DNA of 64,000 bases from Octopus sinensis (lineage: Eukaryota): positions 4,340,001 through 4,404,000 of the forward strand of contig NC_043000.1 of the NCBI RefSeq assembly GCF_006345805.1, written 5' to 3'. Positions 53,363-64,000 of this stretch are shown here, piece after piece; position 1 is the first letter of the stretch, and each line of letters opens with the position of its first letter. The notes under the pieces were generated by a model. That model did not search any database, was not told the origin of the DNA, and saw only the letters and a program-made list of their open reading frames with translations. A program made the translations under genes and the position numbers.

Positions 53363-53365
<3 letters not shown>
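52815..53365 (+). pseudogene. R4/Dong-like non-LTR 3' fragment, restriction-like endonuclease domain
   Basis: KILWDFDFQT..LEHQRLNIV...LIIDVAVPG...KEREKVDKYGDL, then frameshifted KVIPTVIGALGS and LQKAALLGT; (AAT)n flanks. Confidence 0.85.
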
Positions 53366-53398
<33 letters not shown>

Positions 53399-53464
53399 GT
53401 TAGAGTAGTAATAATGATGATGATGATAATAATAATAATAATGATAATAATAATAATAATGATG

Positions 53465-53506
<42 letters not shown>

Positions 53507-53528
53507 GTAATAATAATAATAATAAAAA

Positions 53529-53832
53529 AAAGGGACTGATTGCTACCTAACTCAGATACCAGGAAACCCCAAAATGGCAGAAATTCAAAAGATAGTGCTC
53601 ATGGGAATTGCTCATATCCTACGCAAAATACTCTCTATGTAATCCCAAGGTTTAAAACAAACTTTTTGTTTTTTTATGTATTAGACATTCACTAGTACAA
53701 CACCAAAAAAACCCCCAAATGTATGGCACACTAGGCATAACAACAACGTGAACTTCCAACCTGTTGTTTCTTGAGGTCTCTGGGTGAGACTTGGAGCCAA
53801 CTTGTACAAATATAAAGCAAAAGTTAGACATA

Positions 53833-53834
<2 letters not shown>
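53529..53834 (+). pseudogene. Second R4/Dong-like 3' end (different subfamily)
   Basis: KGTDCYLTQIPGNPKMAEIQKIVLMGIAHILRKILSM* (stop 53640-42), then UTR and (AAT)n. Confidence 0.75.
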
Positions 53835-53917
<83 letters not shown>

Positions 53918-53946
53918 AAGAAGAAGAAGAAGAAGAATAAGAAGAA

Positions 53947-54285
53947 GAAATTGCAAGAATGGGGACTATGAAGAGAGTGTCTGTCATTCCAGTAGTTTTA
54001 GGGGCACTGGGAGCACTAGCAACCAAGTTCGAGAAGTATGTCAAAGAAATCAGAATTGACTTGAGGGCAGAGCAAGACCCCAAAACTGCTCTGCTGGGGA
54101 CAGCTAGGATTTTGAGATTGATACTTGGATGTTGAATGTCTCCTACGATAATTTACAACCAAGTATCAAAGCTTATAATGTGCGGAAAGTGACCCTGTGA
54201 GACCTCTGGACAGCAGGCTGCTGTCCGCTGTCACAGAATCCTCAAGAACAAACAAGACCGAACGTTCTGAAAAGTGAAACAATAA
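53947..54285 (+). pseudogene. Third R4/Dong-like 3' end (different subfamily)
   Basis: EIARMGTMKRVSVIPVVLGALGALATKFEKYVKEI...KTALLGTARILRLILGC* (stop 54133-35). Confidence 0.82.
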
Positions 54286-54294
54286 TAATAATAA

Positions 54295-54506
54295 TTTTTT
54301 CTCCTAAATGCACAAGGCCTGAAATTTGTGGGGAGAGGACTAGTCAACTAAATCAACCCCAGTGTTTTACGGGTACTTGATTTATCGACCCCAAAGGGAT
54401 GAAAGGCAAAGTCGGCCTCAGTGGAATTTGAACTCAGAACATAACGGTAGACGAAATATCACTAAGTATTTTGCCTGGCATGCTAACTATTCTGTCAGCT
54501 CCCCAC
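54295..54506 (-). mobile_element. SINE family D2 within (AAT)n
   Basis: gcacaaggcctgaaattt tail plus D core and head. Confidence 0.85.
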
Positions 54507-54513
54507 CATAATG

Positions 54514-54688
<175 letters not shown>

Positions 54689-54704
54689 TAATAATAATAA
54701 TAGT

Positions 54705-55262
54705 AAATGCCCTGATGCAGTACCAGGCAGTGGGTCTCATGGCTTCTGATCTTAACTGATTGGAAGTGTTATCATGTACATTGTTTTGTCTTGGTATAAA
54801 AGATGGGCTACAGCAAATATTCTGCTCAATACCACAGATTTGCTTGTCAGTTGTTTGACCTTAACCAGTTGAACATGTCCCTTAGTGGCTGACGATATGT
54901 GCATCTCTGATCATGAGCAGAAGTAGTGGGGGAGCATCATAGCCATGTGTTGAGAAGGATTCTTTGGAGTTTGAATAATTCACCTCTGGAAACATGGGTG
55001 GTTCTTTCAACATCCTTAAACAACCCTTATTCAGGGACCGCTTGAGCGGGATGGGCTACTCAACCTGAAGAAAATTCTAACTGGGCCCCACCTGCAAGGT
55101 CATGTGCTGTTTATCTTGATATGAGATCACCATGTCGCGCACATATGGTTGTGATGCATGTGCCTGGTGTGCCCTTATCAGACGGGTAGTCATGATGGGT
55201 ATATTGGGCTTCGTATATTTTACCCCAGTGTCACTTTGATGGCATGAACTGCTCTCTCACTC
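54705..55262. mobile_element. Unclassified ~560-bp non-coding insert inside (AAT)n
   Basis: Sharp GC-richer block bounded on both sides by pure AAT repeats; single copy in window. Confidence 0.55.
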
Positions 55263-55711
55263 AATAATAATAATAATAATAATAAAGCAATAGCAATCAT
55301 AATACTTGTGAGTAAAAGTTATAGAAAATGTTTCTAAAGAAACAGAAGGTGAATATCTATATTTGTGAAAACATTCCAAATAGAAGTATTTCTAAATAGC
55401 ACTAAATTGGTCAGGTCAAGGTTTGTGTCAGGGGAGCTAACATGATAAGGTTAGGTGCAAAGTTTAGCAATTTTATCCAGCCAGGGTCAGCAGTGACGTG
55501 TCTATGAAGCTAACTCTGAACACAATAAAATGGAAATGGTATGAATTTCTTACTAAAATTGCATTGAAGTGTTCTTTCACTGAGAGACAAATATATATAT
55601 AGTTTCATTGATTTTCTTTTTCAAAACTTCCATTAAATATTTATGTTCAACCAGAGAATGACTTCTATGTCAGTTACATTTCTTCTAATAGAGAATTTAA
55701 AAGTAAATTCT

Positions 55712-56440
55712 CATCATCATCATCATCGTTTAACGTCTGTTTTCCATGCTAGCATGGGTTGGACGGTTCGACCAGGATCTGGGAAGCCAGGAGGCTGCAC
55801 CAGGCTCCAGTCTGATCTGGCAGTGTTTCTACAGCTGGATACCCTTCCTAATGCCTTCCACTCCGTGAGTGTAGTGGGTGCTTTTTACATGCCACCGGCA
55901 CAGGGGCCAGGCGAGGCTGGCAACGGCCATGATCGGTTGGTGCTTTTTACATGCCACCGGCACGGAGGCCAGTCGAGGCGGCACTGGCAACGGCTACGTT
56001 TGGATGGATCTTTTTACGTGCCACCGGCACTGGTATCACAATTACAATTTCCATTGATTTTTTGATCGATTTCGATTTCACTTGCCTCAACAGATCTTTG
56101 CAAGCAGAGTTTTGTGTCCCAAGGAGGAGAGGTATGCATAAGTGAACTGGCTACATCCCAGGTAAAGGCCACGGGTTATGGTCTCACTTGTCCTACCGGG
56201 TCTTCTCACGCACAGCATATTTCCAACAGTCTCGGTCACTAGTCATTGCCTCGGTGAGGCCTAATGTTCGAAGGTCGTGTTTCACCACCTTGTCCCAGAT
56301 CTTCCTGGGTCTACCTCTTCCACAGGTTCCCTCAACTGCTAGGGTGTGGCACTTTTTTACACACCTATCTTCATCCATTCTCGCCACATGACCATACCAG
56401 CGCAAACGTCTCTCTTGGACCTCACAACTGATGCTTCTTA
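55712..56440 (-). mobile_element. RTE-type LINE 3' end including ORF C-terminus
   Basis: RWYGHVARMDEDRCVKKCHTLAVEGTCGRGRPRKIWDKVVKHDL. Confidence 0.92.
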
Positions 56441-56719
56441 AAAATAAAATAATTTTTCTGGAGATTTTGAAAGAAACATGAAAATTTCAGCCTGTGGTTG
56501 TGAGTCTTCAAACCCGTACTTGCTGACTTACTTGTATGTGTGGCAGCATTCATTTGGTGTGGGTTGAGCTGGCCATGACCATCACAAATGCTGACCACAT
56601 TTGACTGTCAGCTGATGCTGCCATTTCCTATTGAAGTGTAGAGTTCATGTTTGGAGTTCCAGTGGGAATACCTGTAAGATATCGTAACTCAGGGAGGGAT
56701 GAATTATCATAACCACTCG

Positions 56720-57035
56720 GTGAAGGCACATGGCTCAGTGGTTAGAGCATCAGGCTTACAATCATGAGATAGTGAGTTCGATTCCCAGTCTGGGTTGTGT
56801 GTTGTGTTCTTGGGCAAAACACTTTATTTCATGTTGCTTCAGTTCACTCAGCTGTTGAAGTGAGTTGCGACATCACTGGTGCCAAGCTGTATCAGCCTTT
56901 GCCTTTCTCTTGGAGAAGGGAGACTGGTATGCTTGAGCAAGTGCTGGTCTTCCACAAATAATCTTGCCTGGACTTGTACCTAGTGGAGATAACTTTCTAT
57001 GTGCAATCCTATTGTTGTTTATGATGAAGGGTTTT
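56720..57035 (+). mobile_element. SINE family C
   Basis: Matches 26167-26500. Confidence 0.88.
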
Positions 57036-57654
57036 TTTTTCTTTATGCTGTGTGGGTGGATGCAGGAGTGCTGATTTACTAAGATAAGATATTAAGAGTT
57101 GGTAGAGGACAGAAGTTGAACTTAATGAATTATGATTCAAAGGGGTTTGGGATTTGTGGATAATCGTAGGGGTAGGAGAGAGAAGAGGTCAATATAAGGA
57201 AGTATGACAAGAGGTAAGACTGACCACATATGGGGTGAAGCAGAAGTTGACTTAATGAGATATGACATAGTATAAGGTTGGCATAGTAAAACCTCTGCAG
57301 CAGACTGAGATGAAGTTAACCTATTGAGCCATGGCAATCAGAGAAGCAACCATAACCTGTTGCTTTGTTGACTACCATGAGCTGGCAGTTGGATGCCTTT
57401 AGTGGAAAATAAACTGTTACAAGTATTTGGACCTGACCTATAGTCTAACAATAATATTTTCTTATCAGTAATGGAATCCCGCAAAGGGTCATGAACTCTT
57501 CTTTCCCCAAATCATAAAACTGTTGAACTATTTATAAGTGGGTTAAGAAGGCCGACCAAAGGAGTTATGAGAACAAAAATTGGATGGAGTATGATTTTCA
57601 TAGCAAGATGATTTTCTCAGTATGAAAAAACAGTTAAAAAAGCGAGTCATTCCA

Positions 57655-58110
57655 ACTGAGCAATTGAGCTATTTTCAGGTATGTGATTATGCATACAGAT
57701 AATGAACTGACCTGTTATGGGGGTGGAGTTATTCTCTATTGGAATAGCCCACTCACTGTTTCAACAGAGTGAAGCAAGATAAGCCCTATGTGTTGTAACA
57801 AGCTGGGTTTCCCTAGTAAGCCACCATATCAGGGAGAACAGAAGCAACTTAGATTATTTTTACAGTCAGATGTGTGGTTGAATATGTATAAGATTAATGA
57901 ACTAACCAGTTATGAAGTTGGGGGCTATTTTCGGTAGGAATAGCAAAGGAGCTATTCAAACAGAGAAGAGCAGGTTAGACAGTGTGTTGTTTTAATTCAA
58001 GCAGCAGGGTTTCCCAAGTGAGACATTATTCCAGGAGGAACAGAAGCAATTTAACAGATCTTTTTTATAATCAGGTATTTGGTTGAGTATATGTAAGGAT
58101 TATGAACTTT
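57655..58110. repeat. Old ~195-bp tandem repeat, about 2.3 copies
   Basis: ggaatagc...gggtttccc...gaacagaagcaa...tggttga..atgaact occurs twice. Confidence 0.65.
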
Positions 58111-59473
58111 CTCTGTCATAGATGATAGAAAGTACCTTATTTATATAATCTATTGGTGCTAACATAAACTGGTTGATGATATGATGACCTCAAGAGTATC
58201 ATGATCTAGTCCAAAGGTTATCAACAGGGGCCCTTTGGAACTCGATGGAGACGTTTTGGAACAAAGGGGCACTGGGGGTGTTAAGAGACTGGGGGGATGC
58301 TGGGTGGAGCACTGGAAGACTCTCAGCTTTGGTAAGTTTAATTTGAAATTAACAAGTAACAGCCATATTTTGACATCTCTGCGACAGTCAGTTTAAACAG
58401 TGTCTTTTTGTTTCAAATTTTCAAAACCTTAAAAAACACTTTTTCCACTTTTACAACACCAAGCAAATTCCTGGTACCATGTGTAACTGGTGTCATTAAA
58501 GTGAAGCCTCCAAAACAAAAACAAAAACTAAAAACAGATGAATAGTGACAAACGACTAAAAGAAAACAAGTAATGAATAAAAGTGAAAGGATCTTTTCAC
58601 TTTCGTAGCCTGAGGGCAGATTTTTCTAGTTAACTAAATAATTTGAAACTTCGTATACTGGTAGAGTGTCTCAAAAGAAAACACTAGTTCCAACTTGTTT
58701 ATTTGAGAAAAATCTATTTTATGACTTTAAACTTAGATTAAAAGCTAAATGTGTGTGTATGTGTATGGGTATGTTTGTGTGCAAATATATAAAGAATGAT
58801 GTTTAGAATTTTGGATCAAACTGGCTTTTAGGAGTGGGTGATAGGTATGTATTTGTGTATGTGTGTGTATGTATGGGTATGTTTGCATGTATATTGTAGC
58901 ATGTGTTGCCATTTTAAATTCCTTTCTGTGATTGGACTTAAATTGACCCCTGGCTATAAAAGACCCAACCACACACACACACACACACACACACATTTGT
59001 TTTAGGTTTTGTACCCATTTGAACTGCAGACATACACCAGATAACATAGTAAGTCTTATGTTCTGAAATTTAAATTTTGAATTTGTTTTAATTATAAAAT
59101 TACACCTCATCTAAAAACACATCTTTTGGCTTTGGCAAACAGAACCTTTTCTTTCACTTTTTATATTTTTTGTTAAGTTAGAATTTCTCTGTTTTAGTTG
59201 GGATTTTCCAGTTTCCTGTATCAAGCAATGGCCGGAAGCATTTAAAAGAAAAAAATTAAATTCATAGAACTGAACAAAATCAAAAATGTTAATTTTAATC
59301 GTAATGATGGAGAGGGGTAAAGATTTTCCCTTTCCTTAATACTAACAAGAGCATAGTTTGAGGGAGGTTTGGTTGCTATTTCTAGCAAATTGAACAGCCA
59401 CACAGAGAGTAATTCATTGGCTCATTTGTTGATGTGTATAAATAAAACAAAAACGAAAGAAAAAACAGACACT

Positions 59474-59513
<40 letters not shown>

Positions 59514-59631
59514 AATAGACAGAATTATAATGTAAGCACATATTTTTACAAATTTTTACAAAATTTTTCTGATTCTGGGTTCTTTGTGGTTTTCGTCATT
59601 GTTTACAATTATCATTAAAAAATATTTTTAA

Positions 59632-60050
59632 TGGCGTAGGAGCAGCTTTGTGGTAAGTAACTTGCTTCCCAACCACATGGTTCTGGGTTCAGTCCCACTG
59701 TGTAGCACCTTGGGCAAGTGTCTTCTACTATAGCCTCGGGTCGACCAAAACCATGTGAGTGGATTTGGTAGACGGAAACTGAAAGAAGCCTGTCGTATAT
59801 ATGTATGTATATATATATGTGTGTGTATGTGTGTGTATATGTTTGTGTGTCTGTGTCTGTCCCCCCAACATCACTTGACAACCGATGCTGGTGTGTTTAC
59901 GTCCCCGTAACTTAGTGGTTCAGCAAAGAGGCTGATAGAATAAGTACTAGGCTTACAAAGAATAAGTCCTGGGGTCGATTTGCTCAACCAAATGTGGTGC
60001 TCCAGCATGGCCACAGTCAAAATGACTGAAACAAGTAAAAGAGAGAGTAT
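59632..60050 (+). mobile_element. SINE family A
   Basis: Full match to family. Confidence 0.92.
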
Positions 60051-61491
60051 CATACAGATGTAATTTTTGACAATGAATCTGAATTTGTTTTTTATTTATT
60101 CCAAAAAAAAATTTGCAAAAATGTTACAGGTGTTTAAAGTTTGATAATTCTCAGAATTTTCAGCCAATCAGAAAACAGTGCGTTCGCTACCTCATCCATC
60201 ATCAGGACGGGGTAGGGGGTATCAGCATGTCAAAACATTAAACTAATTATGTGAGGAAATCAAATATTTAAAAGCTACGAACAAACAAGCCAACAGTCAA
60301 AACATTAAAATATACACAAGGTAAGTTAATATTAAAACATTCGCGAGCAAATTAACAGGAGTTGCTAGAAATAACAGTCAAAACATTGTTTAAAACTGAC
60401 ATATATTAATTTTAAAAATTCAAGAACGATAGTTTGCAACATACTCTAGGATTTTATAAAACAAATTATCTTTCTTGCTTCTCCTTCTCCACATAAATTC
60501 ATAAAAATAAGAGTCAACCATGCCCAGGTACTTTCAATTTGTTGAATGTGAATCCCAACTGTTATGAAAACAAACAGTTATAGAACAAGTGGTGGTCACA
60601 AGTCCTTGTGTGCATGTGCGGCATCTTTGGTTACTATGGAAACAGAGTTTTTCGCAATCAGCTATGGAACACGTGGTTCTTCTTTGCTCTGGTTATTATA
60701 GAAACAGACTTCTTTGCCATGGTGAAATATTCCCTTCTGATTGGCTAGAATACCCAAATTTTGCAAATTTTAAAGGCTAATAACTTTTTAATTATGGGAT
60801 TTATAGGGAAAATCATAATTAGTATACAAAACGTAATCCATATACCAAATGTGAAAACAATTGGAAGAAAATTGTAAACAGTGATGAAAACCACAAAGAT
60901 CCTGATTCTGTCTTCTGCACAATGGATACAACTATGCAGAAAAAAAAAAAATCTCCTTTCCCCAACCAATTTAAAAAAAGAATCATGGTTTTAAAATATG
61001 GACAGCCCGAATCTACCATTCGTTTCTCTTTATAATTTCCAAAAATTTTTTTAATACTTTTATTGAAGAAAGTCAGTTGATGGTCTTCACATTTTTTCAC
61101 ATAATCCTGGACCTTATATGTAAAATGCCAGTGACATGCTGCATGTCCACCAACAATATTAGCAGACAGACAGCCGTACAGTGGTATGACATATAGTCAC
61201 AGTAGACAAAAATCTTCTTTTTGAGGAAAAATGAAGTTGGAAGAGTGGTGAAGAAGTTTTGGATACTTGTGCAAATTTTTGTGTACATGTGCATGTATAA
61301 AAATATAATTAAAACATCCACGGTGTGAATTTTCTAAAACCCCTTTAGGGACAAATAGTTTTTGCAATAAATTCCAATTTAATTGGAATCTACACGATCT
61401 GAAGCATATTTGTAGAAAAGAAATATTTAATTTTCTCAAGGTTATGAAGAAGCAAATCTTTGAGGCACAATTCTATAGATATGCTGAAATA

Positions 61492-62000
61492 TCTCTATAT
61501 CCATAAACGTCAAAATGTCTGTGTGCCTGCGTGTCTGTGTGTCCTTTATACAAATCCACAGTTTTTCACGTAAAAGGCTTGCATTTTCTATGGACTTTCA
61601 AAATTGTCTGAGGGTGGTCGTGAAAATCTTTTCATTTCCCCAGTCACCCCAAAAAGCCTTTTAAAAAGTCGATAAACCGACCCCTTATGCCCATAAGTTA
61701 TTTTGCGGCCAAATTCGATATTTTTGTTTTCTTCTGCCTCCTTTTTTGTCCGACTAATGGTATGTGCACAGTCCCGCTGATTTTCCATGATTATGCCATT
61801 CCAGGTGTGAAAACTGAAGTTCAATGAATATTAATTACTCTCATAAAAAGTTCCAACTTGGCTCATAAACAACAAAACTGGCCTAGGCTGAAATGTGATA
61901 AGAAACTTAGCTCTTGATTTAGTGAAAAATTTTTATTGTGACCCGGCAATGAGCAACAAGCACTAGCACTAGACCCAGCACTGCCGGGTCATAGTGTTAG
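61492..62000 (+). mobile_element. Non-autonomous Helitron-like element
   Basis: A|TCtctatat start; hairpin gacccagcactgccgggtc; ends gTTAG|T (decayed CTAG). Confidence 0.6.
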
Positions 62001-63192
62001 TTTATATATATACAATGATGTAGATAAAATTAACTCAGTAAAAATCTATGTATGTGTGTATATATTTGTATGTTTCTGTATGCATTTAAACATGTATATG
62101 TATAAGTTTCAGAAGATATAATAATGGAATAAAAGTCAGTCATAATAAGAGATCTCCCCAAAACCTATTTCCTTAATTTTTAGCAACTGTTTCTGGCACA
62201 CATATTTACGTAATTTTGATTTTGAAGTATTTAAGAAGTTATTTGGAAATTATACAGAGAAACGAATGGTAGTATCGGACTGTCCATATTTTAAAACCAT
62301 GAATTAAAAAAAAAAAATTGTGTGTGTGTGTATCAAACTTTTACTTCAGAAGTTTATGGCTTCACAGGAATAAGCATGGAAAACTATCAATATAACCAAT
62401 TTTCAGATTTTTTTATTTCCTTTTAAAAAATTCAGATTTTGTGAATGAAAGAAACTAGATCCTAAATAAGAAATGAATGTTTAATAGGACAAATTTCCAG
62501 ATCTTTTTACATCATTTTAAAAGGTGGCTAATTTTGTGACTCAAACTAACTAGATCCAAGTACAGTGAATACCATCCTCCACAATTTGCTACTCATATGA
62601 AGTACATATGTATTTCAACAATTTCTATCAAATATTCTCTCTTTCTTGAGTATAAAAAAATCTTCTTCCTGGGTGACAATAACTTATATGTCAGATTGTT
62701 GCACAAGTTCTAGCCATTTTGATAACAGAAATCAGGAAGGTTTGAAATGATTTCATCAGCATTTACTTGTACTAAAGAGCACTCCGTCAATAGACAACAC
62801 ATTGATCTCATAAGTGTTGCACGGTGGAAATAAACGCAATTACCAAACTTTCAATTTATTATTTCGTTTTTTTTTTTGCCTTTCAATTTGTACATCTGTA
62901 CTCCTCATTGTGTACAAGCACATATGTAAAATGACATCCTTTATATTTTAATCATTATCAAAATAAGAAGTATATCGAAAAATAAAAATATTTTCTAGCC
63001 CGGGGGGGGGGGGGGGTGATTTGTGACTCAGAGGGTCAAAAGGAGGCGTTTGGCCAAACTGGGCTGAGAACCTTTGATCTAGTCAATAAGGTTATGATGT
63101 AAAACTGTCAATTGGATTTAATCAACAAAGCCCCCTTAATGGGAACCTTACCAATAAAGTCATAATCTTTAGAAGGCCAATGTAGGCCAGTC

Positions 63193-63412
63193 TATTTCTT
63201 CACTACCCACAAGGGGCTAAACACAGAGGGGACAAACAAGGACAGACAAATGGATTAAGTCGATTACATCGACCCCAGTGCGTAACTGGTACTTAGTTTA
63301 TCGACCCCGAAAGGATGAAAGGCAAAGTCAGCCTCGGCGGAATTTGAACTCAGAACGTAGCGACAGACGAAATACTGCTGAACTTTTCGCCCGGCGTGCT
63401 AACGTTTCTGCT
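63193..63412 (-). mobile_element. SINE family D1, young
   Basis: CpG-rich match to 44092-44325. Confidence 0.9.
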
Positions 63413-63801
63413 ATGTAGCCCAATCTGTCAATAAAGAATGACTAGGGGTAAAATCAATTAATTATTATTCAGAGCTAGGTCAACCTTTACTGAGCAGACC
63501 TATGATAGAAAGCATTTCTGCCATGACCATCACGTTTTTGGTGGTTTGTATTTTGTTTGACTGGTGTGTAGACTACATTATATAATGTACCTTGTGTTTA
63601 TATAAAACAATAGGGTGTGATTTAAAAGAAATATGGCTGCTATTTCTAGCATATCAAGTGATCATGTATAGGCTCTCTGATAGTTGTTTTTGGTAGTTCC
63701 AGAGAAATGAAGAGGTGTATGTTATCAGTGATTTTAATAACTTTTGTAGCAATCATTCTATTTTCCTTAGTGAGTGCCTGGTACTTGACAGAACCAGCTT
63801 T

Positions 63802-64000
63802 TACATTCTTTCAAGGTTGATAAATAAAATATCAATCCTACATCCTTTCAAGGTTGATAAATAAAGTACCAGTCCTTACATTCTTCCAAGGTTGATAAAT
63901 AAAGTACCAGTCATTACATCCTTGCAATCTTCATAAATGAAGTACCAGTCAGTACATCCTTCTAAGATTGATAAATAAAGTACCAGCTTTTACATTCTTT
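63802..64000 (+). repeat. 38-bp minisatellite resembling the SINE D core, runs off window end
   Basis: Units start at 63802, 63839, 63877, 63915, 63953, 63991. Confidence 0.9.

Noticed and set aside
62995-63085. hAT-like MITE end (ctgagaacctttg), similar at 58210-58225
   Set aside because: Too degenerate; no matching partner end with an 8-bp TSD found

Overview
Eukaryotic, AT-rich, repeat-saturated intergenic or intronic DNA. No host exon, rRNA, true tRNA gene or CRISPR array is supportable, and nearly all ORF-track entries are microsatellite read-through. The SINE repertoire and extreme (TA)/(CA)/(AAT)/(GAT) load look like an Octopus-type cephalopod genome (recognition, not a database result). 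Contents: several tRNA-headed SINE families (labelled A-G here) sharing swappable heads and tails; many RTE-LINE 3' ends, one with a YADD RT remnant; a CR1-like end; three R4/Dong-like RLE 3' ends stacked in one (AAT)n tract; three Tc1/mariner relics; three non-autonomous Helitrons; several minisatellites. The most interesting signal is a set of short non-coding elements with Penelope-like inverted-tail architecture, 12-bp target-site duplications (TSDs) and minimal hammerhead-ribozyme-like cores. One fuses a tRNA/Pol III head to a hammerhead-bearing tail (38218-38620), a candidate Penelope-mobilised ribozyme SINE. All copies seen carry decay, so activity is unproven. Coordinates were read by eye and element edges may be off by a few bases.
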